Position numbers and translations under genes: made by a program. DNA of 64,000 bases from an uncultured virus (IMG/VR IMGVR_UViG_3300043811_000020) (lineage: Duplodnaviria; Heunggongvirae; Uroviricota; Caudoviricetes): IMG/VR virus record IMGVR_UViG_3300043811_000020, one strand, 5' to 3'. Below the pieces are notes generated by a model. The model saw only the letters and a program-made list of their open reading frames with translations, was not told the DNA's origin and did no database searches. Below, in pieces: positions 43,399-54,694 of the stretch; the stretch's first letter is position 1; each line of letters opens with the position of its first letter.

Positions 43399-44055
43399 GT
43401 GATGCCGTACGAGTTCGGCTTCCTGGACACGCTAGTGGGGATCAACTTCGGGTCCTCGTCCGCCGCCGCGGTGAACGCAACCGCCATCCTATGGCTTGAA
43501 ATTCAGTACGGCAACGCCAACCCGCCTGTGGTACAGGGACCGGAAGGTAGCACGACCATCTCGTTTCTGGACAAGGGACCGGTGGTTATTCCGGACCCTG
43601 TTTTCCCGGGCACTATTTCATACCGTCAGGACTTGCTCACGGCGAAGCTTGTCAACCGTAAGGGGGAGTTTGTCCCCGAGCAGTTCGCGATCACGATCAC
43701 GGTGCCGGTGCTAAGCTCCGTCGACGTGGAGATCGGGTGCTTCCTGGACACGGTGACTACTCCTGCCGATTTCAAATCCGTGAGCTATAGCGGGGCGCCG
43801 AGCCAGTTTCAGATAGAAGTCAGTGAGCAGTTTCAGAGCGGACCAATCCTCACCACGAAGGTGCTACATGGGACGGTGGCAACGGGCGGCGTCGGGCGGC
43901 TTGCAAACCCGGCGGCGATCAAGGTCCCGGCTTTCATGGGGAAGAAATTCGGGTTTGCGTTCCCCGAGCTTGTCCGTGTGGGGAACTTCCAGGCGACCAT
44001 CCACGGCACGATCAATTCAGATTTGTCGTGTAGGCTAGTGGCCACCGAACCCTGA
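43399..44055 (+). CDS. Beta-rich structural protein
   Basis: 218-aa ORF in the tail block. Confidence 0.65.
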   Translation: MMPYEFGFLDTLVGINFGSSSAAAVNATAILWLEIQYGNANPPVVQGPEGSTTISFLDKGPVVIPDPVFPGTISYRQDLLTAKLVNRKGEFVPEQFAITITVPVLSSVDVEIGCFLDTVTTPADFKSVSYSGAPSQFQIEVSEQFQSGPILTTKVLHGTVATGGVGRLANPAAIKVPAFMGKKFGFAFPELVRVGNFQATIHGTINSDLSCRLVATEP

Positions 44056-44065
44056 GGATACGTCG

Positions 44066-44365
44066 ATGGCCAACGCCCCCTTCTGTAACGTCTCAATCGC
44101 GAACCCGCCGGGTGCGCCGGCGAAACCTGTCGGACTCAAGATGCTGCCGCCAGGGGCCTCCTTGCAGACGGTGATCAACACCCTCAATAACAACTTCCAG
44201 CTGCTTCAGAAGGGGAACTTCGTCGAGAACCGGGCGGCTCGGCGGTTCACGATCACAAGGATATTCGACACGGCGAACCCGCAGAACTTCGTGGACGTGA
44301 AGCAGATCACGGCGATCCAGCTGGTTAACCCCGCCACGGGGCAGTTAATCACTTGGCAACAATGA
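44066..44365 (+). CDS. Small structural protein
   Basis: GAGGA RBS. Confidence 0.65.
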   Translation: MANAPFCNVSIANPPGAPAKPVGLKMLPPGASLQTVINTLNNNFQLLQKGNFVENRAARRFTITRIFDTANPQNFVDVKQITAIQLVNPATGQLITWQQ

Positions 44366-44409
44366 AGCTTTAGCCTTCGCCCGGAGTACGTTTTCAGGGG
44401 TATAAGGCC

Positions 44410-46014
44410 ATGGCCCTTCCCGGCGGCTACAGTCAATCGCAGTCCAACACGTCCTCCACCCCTTCTGCGATCCAGACGCCGCAGAGCGAGTGGGGCACCC
44501 AGCTGTCTCAGATGCTCGCTGCGCTCGGCCAGTATCAATACAACTGGGCGCAACAGCAGTTCAATCAGGGCATGGGCGTCACTGACCAGAATATCAATAA
44601 TTACATGAAGTTGGCGGGATACGGCGCCGGCCTTGCGCAGAACCTGCTCGGACGGTACGTCAACACGTTCGAGCCGATGATGGATCAGTACATCCAGCAG
44701 GCCGGCTCGTACAACAGTCAAGACCGCCAGCAGTTCATGATGGGGCAAGCCGAAAGCACGGCTGCCCAAGCTGACAAGGCCGCCATGGACAGCGCCCAGC
44801 GCCAGCTACAGAGCTTCGGCGTGAACCCGAACTCGGGCCGGTATCAGGACCTTCTCCTTACGCAGCGTACCCAGGATGCGGCCACTCGTGCCGGTGCCGG
44901 TACCCAGGCGTCCGTGAATACTGCCGCTATCGGGCGGCAGATGACCCAGACCGCGGCGCAGATGGGGCAGAACATCCCCGGTATGACCGTCAACGCGTTG
45001 CAGAGCGCCTACACTGGTGTGACCGGCTCCGAGAACGCTGAACTGGGAGCGCTCAACACCGGGGTGAACCTGACGAACAGCGCGGCCAATTTCGAGAACG
45101 CCGCCGCGAATGCGAACCGGCTTCCGCCCGTCGGCAACAACAGCGTCGGGCAGTCCACGAGCCAGTCGCACCAGCTGTCGCCTCCGTTCAATGCTGGGTC
45201 GCAGGCCAGCCGGTCTCCGGGCAACAACAACTCGCGCAGCAACTACGGCCAGTACCGGCCGTCGGCAGCGAACCAAACAACTGCGGGGCAGTCCACGTTC
45301 CAAGGTGCGAACGCGAACGGCGGCGATCAAGCGGCGCAGGGGCAGCCATCGTTTGGCGGCGCCAAGGGATTTACGCAGCCTAACGCCGGTATCATCAACG
45401 TGAACGATCAAGGCAGCCCAGGCAACTACGGACAAAACCCCGATCAAGGGGCATATACCAGCCCCGTCGAAGAGGGGGGCAGCGGGCAGGTATTTGATCC
45501 GAACCAGGGAGCGTTCGGGCCGAACAATGGCAGCAATAGCTCTCCGTGGGCGCCTGATCCGAACAGCGGCGAGATGCAGGGGTTCAGCCAGCCCGACACT
45601 AGTGGTGCAGGTAGCGGCCAGTACGCCGGTCAGTACGAACAGCAGGCAGGCAACGCCGCCAGTTCGATACAAAACCCGGGCGGAAATTACGGTGCCGGTG
45701 GTGGAGGCGGGGGGAACTATGGCGGCTACGCGGAGGGTGGCGTGATCAAGCATGCTACCAGCGGCGGCTACGTTCCACGGTCCGCCAGCCCGAGCCAGGG
45801 TCGACAGACCGATGACATCCCAGCACGGCTCAACGCGAAGGAGTTCGTGATCCCGCGGGACGTGACCGAGCACAAGGGGACCGAGTTCTTCCAGAACTTG
45901 ATCAAGAAATCGCGCCAAGCCCGGCTTGGCGTATCAGGCCCCCCTGCCCAGCCGAAGATGAAGCCGGCGCTTCGCCTGAAGCCCACATTCACTTCGCACT
46001 ACGTTGGAGGCTGA
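44410..46014 (+). CDS. Putative ejection / internal virion protein 1
   Basis: Q/A/G-rich; GVNPNSGRY; C-terminal DDIPARLNAKEFVIP. Confidence 0.75.
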   Translation: MALPGGYSQSQSNTSSTPSAIQTPQSEWGTQLSQMLAALGQYQYNWAQQQFNQGMGVTDQNINNYMKLAGYGAGLAQNLLGRYVNTFEPMMDQYIQQAGSYNSQDRQQFMMGQAESTAAQADKAAMDSAQRQLQSFGVNPNSGRYQDLLLTQRTQDAATRAGAGTQASVNTAAIGRQMTQTAAQMGQNIPGMTVNALQSAYTGVTGSENAELGALNTGVNLTNSAANFENAAANANRLPPVGNNSVGQSTSQSHQLSPPFNAGSQASRSPGNNNSRSNYGQYRPSAANQTTAGQSTFQGANANGGDQAAQGQPSFGGAKGFTQPNAGIINVNDQGSPGNYGQNPDQGAYTSPVEEGGSGQVFDPNQGAFGPNNGSNSSPWAPDPNSGEMQGFSQPDTSGAGSGQYAGQYEQQAGNAASSIQNPGGNYGAGGGGGGNYGGYAEGGVIKHATSGGYVPRSASPSQGRQTDDIPARLNAKEFVIPRDVTEHKGTEFFQNLIKKSRQARLGVSGPPAQPKMKPALRLKPTFTSHYVGG

Positions 46015-46015
46015 G

Positions 46016-48427
46016 ATGGCCGGTCGCTTTGGTCAGTGGGGCGGGGGTTCGATGGCGCTGGTTGGATCGGCGCCTGACGAACCGCTTACCGGTACGGTAA
46101 CAACGCCGCCGTCGACGCCGTCCGCGCCCAGCGCGAGTTCCGCGCCGACCAGCGGGCAGATACTCACTTCGCCCGGTGGCGGCGGTAGCAGCGGAGGTGC
46201 CGGCGGCGACAGCATCCCCGCCGGCGGCCTGTATGGCGCCGGCTATACCCCAAGCACGCCGTCCGAAAGTGGGGGCGGCGTCACCGACCCGTCGGGTGGG
46301 TTTTCGCCCAACATGAGCGCGAGCGCAGGCGCGGCGTACTTCGACGAAGGCGGTGTGGTGCCGACCGGAAACGATACCGACGACACCAACAGCCCGTCCA
46401 CTATCGACCCCATGCAGGCGCTGACGTTCGGGCGCCAGCAAATGGGTCTCCCGAGCAGCTTTTACGGAGGTAGCAGCGGCGCCGCGGCGTCGCAGCCCGC
46501 TATGTTCGACGGCGGCGTGGTGCCTGATCCCAACAATGGTCAAGGCCAGGATCAGAACCAGGACCCGAGCGCGGGCACGGGCCAAGCGGTCAACCCGCAG
46601 AGCGCCGTGCAGTACCTCGCCGGCGCGGGCGGGGTCTCACCTGACATCGCAGACGCCATGGAGAAGCGCGCCGACCCGCAGGGACAGCTATCTCCTGCCG
46701 AGCGCGTGATGGCAGCCATTCAGTCGGCAGGGAACCCGAAGGATGCGTTCGGGCTCATGCAGCACTACCGTACCAAGTTCAACGCTTATGGCGGGGCGGC
46801 GCGGGCGGCGCTTGACCAGGGTGATCTCGGGCAGGCAGCTGCGCACGCCACGAGTGCGATGGCGAACGTGCCCACCGGGTACAATGTGCAGTTCGCTCCC
46901 GCGCGCGGCGGCATCGCCATGTCCGCGAGCAAGATCAAACAGCAGGCCCAGCAACAAGGGTTCGACAACGGCGGGGAGACGGACGAAGACAACCCGTCGA
47001 TCCTCATGCGCGAGGGCTATGAAGACGGCGGGCAGGTGCGTACGGATGATGACGATGAAGCCGGGCCGCCGCTCAGCAAGAACATCGAGGATCGCCGCGG
47101 TGAAGCTACGCCTGACGACATCAGAGCCAGCGACAACGCGTACGAAGGCCAGATGCAGAATGTGCGCAACCAGTCGAAGCAGATGTTGAACTCGAAGTGG
47201 AGCGGCCTTCAGGACAAGCTCGGGTCTATGCCGGGCTTCGACGACGGCGGTGTTGTCCCGACAGGTGACGATGGAGACGAGGACGACGACCCGAACAACA
47301 CCAACGCCGCCAACGGCATCGAGCCGGATGACGACACGGACGAGCAGGCCCAATACAACACCCCGACCGGTGGTGCTGGTGCAGCGCCTGCCCAAGGCGA
47401 TGACACGCAGACGACCATTCTCAACCCCGACCAATTCAAGAAGGCCCTGACCAGCGGGTATGACGCCCCCGTGGAGAAAGGCTGGACGAACTTCCTCAGT
47501 GAACTTCTCGGCGGGATGCTTGGTCCGTCACAGGCCCAAGCTGCGGAACCACAGGGTCAGCAGCAGACAGGTACACCGGCGCCCGGCAACGGCAGCACGA
47601 CGCCGTCTCCGTCCGGGTATAACAGTTCGACGCTCAACGACATCCACGCGCAGGGCGGCCTCTTGAAGTACGGCGCGAACAAGCTCAGCAGCCTTCTCGG
47701 GAGCCGTGGACAGGAGGCGGCAGCTGCGGTCGCCCCTGCGTTCGATCCGAATGCCCAGACCACGTTCCACGACGATCCAAACGCCCAGGGCCAGGGCAAT
47801 TTCCCCAGTCTTGCCGACCGGCAGAAGATGCAATTCGGCCAGAAGACCCCGGGTCAGCAAGGTCAAGTCGGCGGCAATGACGAGAATGCGATGATCGACC
47901 GCTTGAACCAGCAGGCGTCGAAGATTTGGCCGTGGGCCAGCCAAGCCGCTCAGCGCCAGCAGTACGTCCAGCAGTCGCTTGAAGCCGCGCGCGGCAACGT
48001 CGCAAAGCTGCAACAGACCCAGGCGATGTGGGGCAACCGCGGGCAGATCGAGCAGAACAAGGAGCAGGGACGTAACCAGCGCAGCGAGAACGCGATCCAG
48101 GGACGCGTCACGATGCAGAACATGCGGGACATGACCAGCCGCATGAATGCGACCCAGCGTGCGCAGCTTGATCTCTTGAAGTCCCGATGGGCCTCGCAGC
48201 CGAACCTGACGCCTGATGACCTGATCAAGCAGGTAACGCCAATCGCCAACCAGATCGGGGTGCACCCGGCTGATCTTCTGACGGCGATGGCCGGCGGAAA
48301 TCAGCAACCCGGCCAGAGCCAGCAGCCCCAGCAACAGAACCAAGGCGGTCCACAGGTAGGCGACCGTAAACAGATCAATGGTAAGTGGTATGTGTGGGAC
48401 GGGCACCAAGGTGTTCCCGCTCAGTAA
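46016..48427 (+). CDS. Putative ejection / internal virion protein 2
   Basis: GGAGG RBS; low complexity; repeated F/Y-D/E-x-GG. Confidence 0.75.
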   Translation: MAGRFGQWGGGSMALVGSAPDEPLTGTVTTPPSTPSAPSASSAPTSGQILTSPGGGGSSGGAGGDSIPAGGLYGAGYTPSTPSESGGGVTDPSGGFSPNMSASAGAAYFDEGGVVPTGNDTDDTNSPSTIDPMQALTFGRQQMGLPSSFYGGSSGAAASQPAMFDGGVVPDPNNGQGQDQNQDPSAGTGQAVNPQSAVQYLAGAGGVSPDIADAMEKRADPQGQLSPAERVMAAIQSAGNPKDAFGLMQHYRTKFNAYGGAARAALDQGDLGQAAAHATSAMANVPTGYNVQFAPARGGIAMSASKIKQQAQQQGFDNGGETDEDNPSILMREGYEDGGQVRTDDDDEAGPPLSKNIEDRRGEATPDDIRASDNAYEGQMQNVRNQSKQMLNSKWSGLQDKLGSMPGFDDGGVVPTGDDGDEDDDPNNTNAANGIEPDDDTDEQAQYNTPTGGAGAAPAQGDDTQTTILNPDQFKKALTSGYDAPVEKGWTNFLSELLGGMLGPSQAQAAEPQGQQQTGTPAPGNGSTTPSPSGYNSSTLNDIHAQGGLLKYGANKLSSLLGSRGQEAAAAVAPAFDPNAQTTFHDDPNAQGQGNFPSLADRQKMQFGQKTPGQQGQVGGNDENAMIDRLNQQASKIWPWASQAAQRQQYVQQSLEAARGNVAKLQQTQAMWGNRGQIEQNKEQGRNQRSENAIQGRVTMQNMRDMTSRMNATQRAQLDLLKSRWASQPNLTPDDLIKQVTPIANQIGVHPADLLTAMAGGNQQPGQSQQPQQQNQGGPQVGDRKQINGKWYVWDGHQGVPAQ

Positions 48428-48436
48428 GGTGACACC

Positions 48437-51400
48437 GTGGCACTCGACACTGTGAGCGCTGACGACTGGAACAACGCCCCCGACACTGTGAGCGCGGACG
48501 ACTGGAACCGTGCGTCTTCTTCCCCTCAACAGGCCGGCGCTATCAGCGCGGACGACTGGAACAACGCCGAGGGCGAGACCGTCGCGGCGCCCTCTGCCGC
48601 AGGTTCAGCCATCCGCCGCGGTATCATGAACGCGCCCGTCGGTGCCGCGGCTGGCGTGGGCACTATTGGCGGCGCCGCCCTTGGAACGCTAACCGATCCG
48701 GTGACCGGCCCAGCTGGTACTTTCGTCGGCGGGCTCGCCGGCGGTATCGGCGCAGGTATGCTCGCCCAGAAGGGCGAGGACTGGATTTTGGAGAAGCTCG
48801 GGCTCGACCAGGGTTCCGGGTTTGCGTCCAAGAGCCAGCGTCTCGCCGACGAACTGGCGCACCCGCACGCGTCCTTCGCCGGGGAACTCGCGGGGAACAT
48901 CCTGCCATCGTTCGGCGCCGGCAGCGGGCGTATGGTGGCGCAGCGCGCGCTTGGCGCCGGGCTCCAAGGCGGCCTCGAAGCCGGGCAGGAAGTCTACCAG
49001 GGCAACGGCATTGACCCGACGAAAGTGGGGATCGCCACCGCGGCGGGTGCTGCCTTTCCGAGCTTCAACCGTGCCGGCCGTGCTCTTGAGAGCAGGCTCG
49101 CCGCGCGCATGGCGCCGCGCACTCCCGGCACACCGGGTCAACAGCCGCCAGGGCAACCGCCCCCTGCCGGCACACCGGCGCCCGAAGCGGATTTGGGCGA
49201 CGTGTCCGAGGACACCGGACAGCCAGCGCAGGCAGCGCCGTCGCCGGAACTCGCGTTCGCGCAACAGCAGCGCGACAAGCTCGGCCAGGGACACCCGCTG
49301 TACGATTACTGGGATGCGCATGCGCGCATGCTCGAAGCCCAGGAGGGCGGGCACGCCAGCCCTGACAGCGACAACGACGCGGTCTATGGACCCTTCGGCG
49401 ACCAGCATGTGTTCCGTCCGGAAGATGCCGACCGCGCCAATGACGTGACTACATACGCGCGGGGTATCGCCGCGGAGAATGCGCCGGCGCCGCAGATCGA
49501 GGGCGCGGGAAACCCTATCGGTTCCCCGATGCTCCAACGCACGGCGCAGCGTCCGAGCGGCGACCAACGCGACTATCGCAAGAACCGACCTGTCACCGCG
49601 CCGTCAGGTGAGACCAGCCAGCCGTTGAGCACAGACCCGGTGCACGAGGACGTGGCGCGCGCCCTCGCAGTAGACGAGCCCCAGACCGGGTTCGACCAGC
49701 AGACGACGCGTGAACCAGAACCGACGCCACCTCCTGCGCAAGAAGGACCACCGCCTCCTGTCGAGACCGGACTTGGGCGCCCGCTGAACGGTGGCGTGGA
49801 CGCCACGATCCAGCAGGCCACCCAGCTGGCGATGCGCCGGCCCATCGTGGAAGCACCCATGCCGTCGGGTGCGAACTCCACCAAGGACATGAACGGCCCC
49901 GTGGTTGTGGACCCACGTGTGCCGCCCGAGCTACGCCGCCCGGTTGCCGTGCACGAGACCGTTGAACAGACGCTAATGGCGCAGGGAATGCCCTATGCGC
50001 AGGCGCACAAGATCGCCACTCGGGCCGAACAGCAGGCCGTCGAGGCGGCAGGGATGAACTGGAAGGAGTATCAGGACCGGTGGGCCGGTATCCTGCCTGA
50101 GATCGGGCGTACACCGGTCACCCCGGAGATGCGCCAGCAGTGGGCGCAGGCGGGGCTACACGTGGACCCGGAGGAAGCGATTGGACACTATCACCAAGCG
50201 GCCGAGGATCAGGCCGTCGCCGGTGCGGAGCAGGCGCCGGTTACCGCGGCGGTAACGCCGGCCCAACAGCGCGTGCTCGCTGCGACCCGCGAGCAGCTGA
50301 AGGGGATGCCGCGTGCGCTCCAGGCATTCGACGCGCTCGACCCGCAGGCGCAGCTGGCGGCCATTGAGCGCATGCGTGCGGAGCTACAGACTGGTGCACC
50401 GGCCGAGGGTGAGCCTACGCCGGTGATCCCCACCGAGACAACTGTGGGCCGCGCCCCGCGCCAGAAGGTTGATGTAGAGGGCACAAAGGTCTCCACGCGT
50501 TCCAAGGCGGACGCCGAGCGCAAAGGTGGCGCGGTGAAAGCCTGGGACGCTGCCGTGGCGCAGTTCGGTGAGGCCGATAAGGAAGGGGTTATTCCAACCA
50601 CGACTTCTGATAAGGCGGCCCTCGTGGAACGGCTCAAGCAGATGGTGCAGCACGCCGCCGACGCGACAGGCAACGCCAACCCGATCAAGGCATACCGGCC
50701 CAACGTGAAGCCAGCGTCCTACAACATCCTCAAGGCCGCGCAGCGCGTGATCGCCAAGCCCACGCCGGCGAACATCCGGGATTACTTTGCCGCGGTGCGA
50801 CTTGGCAAGGAGGGCGCCAAGGACCTCCAGCAGACCTCCCGGATCGACAGCGACATCGCCTACAAGCCGCAGATCGAGGAGGCGCCTGCCGAAGCTATGA
50901 CGGCGCAGGCCGCCCCGCCGGATGCGCGCGAGTTCCACGAGCCGTTTGACAACTCCAGTGGAGACGAGAGCCAGCAGTACACCGTGGGCCAGAACCGGCT
51001 GCGCGACTGGCTCAACGGGCTCAGCGACGATACGTATTCCAAGCTCGCAGACATTCACCCCGAGTTGAAAACCGACATCGCAGCGACCCAGGACCCGGTC
51101 GAGTTGATGCGGAATTATATGGATGATCTAGCCGAACAGGAGGGCAAGCGCCCCGGCAAGATCGAGCTTGTCCCTGCCGAGGACGTGAAGGGTAAGCCGC
51201 AGCCTGTGCGTACCGCCGCTGACGTGGACCGGTTTGCTCCTACACCGGAAGGTGGCGCCGCTGGCACTGGCAAGTCGCTCAAGAATGACCCGCGGTTCGC
51301 CGAGCTTGTGGCCAAGTACGCGAGCGCTGCCCCTGCCAAGAAGGGCCTCAGACTCGAAGCGCTTGAAACCCCTGAAGCAAGTGAAGCCCGCAGCGCGACT

Positions 51401-53743
51401 GTGGACGGTAGTGACCAGAGCTTCCTGGACAAGGTGAAAGCCTTCGGCTCAGACGAGAGCGGCGCCTTGAGTGGACAGGCTGTGGCGTCGATAGGGAACT
51501 GGCTCAAGAACTCCACGAGCTACTTCTCGCCGCGTACCCAAGCTCAACCAGGGAACCCGATCAAGGACTATGGCGACCAGCTGGGCGGGTGGTTCACTCG
51601 CATGGGCGCGCGCATGAGCCGCGCGACCGCGGACCTGATCGCCAACCTGCACAGTACGCCAGACATCGGTCAAGCCAACGCCGGGCAGGTGTACCGCGCC
51701 ATGGAGCGCGGCGAGATCGCTCAGCTGCCGAGCGACCTGCGCGACTGGTACAACAACTACATTAAGCCCATCGCGGATCAGTACGGCCCGAAGTATGACG
51801 AACTGCGCACCCTCGCGCAGAAGTACGGGCTCGCCGGCGGCGCGGACATGCCCGAGCGAAAGAGTAACCCCGGCAACGGATGGATGAACTGGGTGTCGCG
51901 TATCCGTAAGGACGACACCCCTTCGTCGGAAAACCAAGACGTGTTTGCCGGCAAGACGCTCGCTGCCTGGAGCCCCACCACTCAGGACCGCGACTTCTTC
52001 GCGTTGCAGAACTCGCAGGGACAGCGGATCATCTATAAGCCGGGCGATGGCGAGATCACCATTATGCGGAACGGGTCTCCGCAGAATGTCAAGGTGAGCA
52101 ACTTCAACCCGACCGACATCGGCGCCACGGTACGCTTGAAGGTCAAGGGACAGAGCGACGTGTGGACTGTCGACCACGCGGCCATTGACGAGATCAAGGC
52201 TGCGACTGCCGGCAAGGTGCAGTACCATGACAACCCGGCTTACACGGTCAACATGTCGTTGAACGGGCTCAACAACGCGCTTGAGCGTGCCCGCCAGTAC
52301 CGTGACATCGTGGAGAGCCCCGAGTTCTCGACGATGACCGCAACGAACCGTGCTGGCAAGGACGCGCTTGAAGCGGCGTACCCGAGCGAGCGTTTCATCC
52401 AGCCGCAGCTGCCGCAGTTCAAGGATACATGGATGCCCGAGAAGTGGGCATGGATCATGAACGATTACCACAAGAGAGGTATCTTTTCTGACAGCGCCGC
52501 TGAAAAGCAGACTGTTGACAACCTCTCGATGATGGCCGCGAAGACGTTCCTGACGTTTGGCCCGCAAATTCACACGCTCAATGAAGCAGACAAGTGGGCC
52601 ACCTCGCGCGGGTTCAAGTGGATCAGTCCGAGCGGCTGGGGCGCGCTGGTGAAGACGGCACCGCAGGCCATCAAGGCAGCGTACACGCTGGACCCTGCCA
52701 TCTACCGAGAGATCACGGAGGCCGGCGGGAACCCGATGGCCATGCACGCCGTTGCGCGGAACTTCAGCGAGCAAGCGGCGAAGCTTACCGGCGTAGACAT
52801 TGCGCAAAATCCGTCTAAGTGGGACTACCTCGGGAAATACTGGGGCATGACGATCCCACAACTTGCTGACGCCGCCTACCAAAAAAGCACCAAGTTCATG
52901 TGGCGCACCACGGACGCGATGTACATCCAGCGCTACCTCGAAGAACGGGATAACGGCTACGCTCCTGAAGACGCTGTGAAGAGGGTGGAGAAGTTCATCG
53001 ACAGCTACCAGATGGGTCCGACCATCGGCGGCTCCCGGCTGGCCAAGCAGGTCCTCTCTGACCCGAGCGTGTCGTACTTCGCGCCATACCACTACGGAGT
53101 GTTCCGCTCGTGGGGAAACATGGCCAAGGGTCTCATGGCGCCGAGTTCAACCATGGCCGAGCGCAAGGAGGCCGCCGGGCAGTTCCTCGTGCAGTTGGCA
53201 CTGGGCTATGCGTTCTACCCCGCCATGAGCGCCGCTTACCGTGCGGTAACGGGCGAGCAGGATGCCGAGTTCAAGCCCCGCGGTATGAGTGCGCTCGCGC
53301 ATAGTGCTTCTCAGGTCGCCCAGGGCCAAGCCGGCCCCGAGCAGGTGCTCCGGGACGTGTGGATGCCCGGAGTACCGGCACAGATGGCCATCGAGGGGTT
53401 CAACAATAAGGACTGGCGTGGCCAGCCTATCGTCCCGCCGCGCGCGTACAACGGCCCCAGCGCTGTAGCCAAGAGCGCCTCCGACGTGGCCGACTGGGCC
53501 GCGCGCAGCACGGTGGCACCCTACAACACCATCAGCTATGCGGCCAACGCCCCAGGAGGGGGTATCGCCAAAGGCGCCCAGCGGTTCGCCGAGGATCAGC
53601 TGAACATCCACAACCCGAGCAGCGGGGAACTCAAGCACAACGCCCTGATCGACAAGATCAACGCCGCCGCCGAGCGCGCGCGCCAGAAGCGTCCAGGCGG
53701 ATTGATCGAGCGAGGCGTTAACGCAGTCCTTCCAGGGGGTTAG
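48437..53743 (+). CDS. Large putative ejection / internal virion protein (1768 aa)
   Basis: Last large late gene; SADDWN x3 at the N-terminus, Gly/Ala-rich membrane-like region, VAVHETVE. Confidence 0.8.
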   Translation: MALDTVSADDWNNAPDTVSADDWNRASSSPQQAGAISADDWNNAEGETVAAPSAAGSAIRRGIMNAPVGAAAGVGTIGGAALGTLTDPVTGPAGTFVGGLAGGIGAGMLAQKGEDWILEKLGLDQGSGFASKSQRLADELAHPHASFAGELAGNILPSFGAGSGRMVAQRALGAGLQGGLEAGQEVYQGNGIDPTKVGIATAAGAAFPSFNRAGRALESRLAARMAPRTPGTPGQQPPGQPPPAGTPAPEADLGDVSEDTGQPAQAAPSPELAFAQQQRDKLGQGHPLYDYWDAHARMLEAQEGGHASPDSDNDAVYGPFGDQHVFRPEDADRANDVTTYARGIAAENAPAPQIEGAGNPIGSPMLQRTAQRPSGDQRDYRKNRPVTAPSGETSQPLSTDPVHEDVARALAVDEPQTGFDQQTTREPEPTPPPAQEGPPPPVETGLGRPLNGGVDATIQQATQLAMRRPIVEAPMPSGANSTKDMNGPVVVDPRVPPELRRPVAVHETVEQTLMAQGMPYAQAHKIATRAEQQAVEAAGMNWKEYQDRWAGILPEIGRTPVTPEMRQQWAQAGLHVDPEEAIGHYHQAAEDQAVAGAEQAPVTAAVTPAQQRVLAATREQLKGMPRALQAFDALDPQAQLAAIERMRAELQTGAPAEGEPTPVIPTETTVGRAPRQKVDVEGTKVSTRSKADAERKGGAVKAWDAAVAQFGEADKEGVIPTTTSDKAALVERLKQMVQHAADATGNANPIKAYRPNVKPASYNILKAAQRVIAKPTPANIRDYFAAVRLGKEGAKDLQQTSRIDSDIAYKPQIEEAPAEAMTAQAAPPDAREFHEPFDNSSGDESQQYTVGQNRLRDWLNGLSDDTYSKLADIHPELKTDIAATQDPVELMRNYMDDLAEQEGKRPGKIELVPAEDVKGKPQPVRTAADVDRFAPTPEGGAAGTGKSLKNDPRFAELVAKYASAAPAKKGLRLEALETPEASEARSATVDGSDQSFLDKVKAFGSDESGALSGQAVASIGNWLKNSTSYFSPRTQAQPGNPIKDYGDQLGGWFTRMGARMSRATADLIANLHSTPDIGQANAGQVYRAMERGEIAQLPSDLRDWYNNYIKPIADQYGPKYDELRTLAQKYGLAGGADMPERKSNPGNGWMNWVSRIRKDDTPSSENQDVFAGKTLAAWSPTTQDRDFFALQNSQGQRIIYKPGDGEITIMRNGSPQNVKVSNFNPTDIGATVRLKVKGQSDVWTVDHAAIDEIKAATAGKVQYHDNPAYTVNMSLNGLNNALERARQYRDIVESPEFSTMTATNRAGKDALEAAYPSERFIQPQLPQFKDTWMPEKWAWIMNDYHKRGIFSDSAAEKQTVDNLSMMAAKTFLTFGPQIHTLNEADKWATSRGFKWISPSGWGALVKTAPQAIKAAYTLDPAIYREITEAGGNPMAMHAVARNFSEQAAKLTGVDIAQNPSKWDYLGKYWGMTIPQLADAAYQKSTKFMWRTTDAMYIQRYLEERDNGYAPEDAVKRVEKFIDSYQMGPTIGGSRLAKQVLSDPSVSYFAPYHYGVFRSWGNMAKGLMAPSSTMAERKEAAGQFLVQLALGYAFYPAMSAAYRAVTGEQDAEFKPRGMSALAHSASQVAQGQAGPEQVLRDVWMPGVPAQMAIEGFNNKDWRGQPIVPPRAYNGPSAVAKSASDVADWAARSTVAPYNTISYAANAPGGGIAKGAQRFAEDQLNIHNPSSGELKHNALIDKINAAAERARQKRPGGLIERGVNAVLPGG

Positions 53744-53745
53744 CC

Positions 53746-54141
53746 ATGCCGTTCACCAAGCAGGGGGAAAATGATTACACTGGACCGTCCGGCCGGCATT
53801 TCAATCTTAAACAGGTCCGGTTATACTACGCTCACGGACAGAAATTCCCCGGTCAGCAAGGCTTCGCAGGAGGTGGTGTCGTGGCAAGCATGGGCAACAA
53901 GGGTCACATGAGCAAGGACTGCGCGTACGCCGAAGGGGGACAAGTCCTCGGGCGCTCTGCCGATTTCATGAAGGCGCCGGACCGGTTCCGGCAGCAAGGC
54001 CCTGATGGGAAGTTCTCGGCGCCGCCTTCTGTCGAGAAGACTTCGGACGAATGGGGCAAGGGGTCTTCGACCCCGACCGGGTCGGTTTCTGCGCCGCCGG
54101 CGAAGGGCAAGCAACTCAAGGCCGTCAAGCCGCGTCAGTAA
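53746..54141 (+). CDS. Small virion-associated protein (FAGGG, YAEGG)
   Basis: Coupled to the upstream gene; SGRHFNLKQVRLYYA. Confidence 0.7.
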   Translation: MPFTKQGENDYTGPSGRHFNLKQVRLYYAHGQKFPGQQGFAGGGVVASMGNKGHMSKDCAYAEGGQVLGRSADFMKAPDRFRQQGPDGKFSAPPSVEKTSDEWGKGSSTPTGSVSAPPAKGKQLKAVKPRQ

Positions 54142-54163
54142 TCCTCGCATGGAGGGGCGTGCC

Positions 54164-54400
54164 ATGCGCAGCCATATCTACGACGGCGAGTGGTACCGTC
54201 CGAAGCCGATGCGTGGCCACCGGGAAATTTGCTGCGACTGCGGGCTTGTACATGTCACCGACTTCAAGATCATCAAAGGTGAAATTCACATCCGCTCGTA
54301 CCGCGACGACAAGCTCACTGCGAAAGAACGCGCACGGCTACGTCGTCAAGGTCGGGGAACCGCTGGCGTGGCCAGAGCCCGCCAGCGAAGAGGACGGTGA
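54164..54400 (+). CDS. Small basic Cys/His protein (CCDCGLVH)
   Basis: GGAGG RBS; paralog of 182..418. Confidence 0.7.
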   Translation: MRSHIYDGEWYRPKPMRGHREICCDCGLVHVTDFKIIKGEIHIRSYRDDKLTAKERARLRRQGRGTAGVARARQRRGR

Positions 54401-54454
54401 GTGGTGGGACGGCTTTGAGCCGATCCCCGTCTGTCTCAAGATTTGGATGAGCGG

Positions 54455-54694
54455 CTAGTTCAGCGGCGACGGCCTGCGCTCGCGAATAGTCTGTAGAGCT
54501 TGGGGAGCATGATCACGCGTGAACACTGCCCAGGGATACACACCCCCTCCCACAAACGCCACACAACACCCTATATCCCCGTCAGCGTCTATAGCGTTCT
54601 CAGGGATATAGGTTACTGGAAGCCACCGGCCTTCAAAGAAAATTTCGTAGCGCGCGTTCTTAACGTCGAGTTCGTCCTCAGGCGATAGGTCCAT
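54455..54694 (-). CDS. Hypothetical protein
   Basis: AGGAG RBS; AT-richer. Confidence 0.6.
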   Translation of the reverse strand: MDLSPEDELDVKNARYEIFFEGRWLPVTYIPENAIDADGDIGCCVAFVGGGVYPWAVFTRDHAPQALQTIRERRPSPLN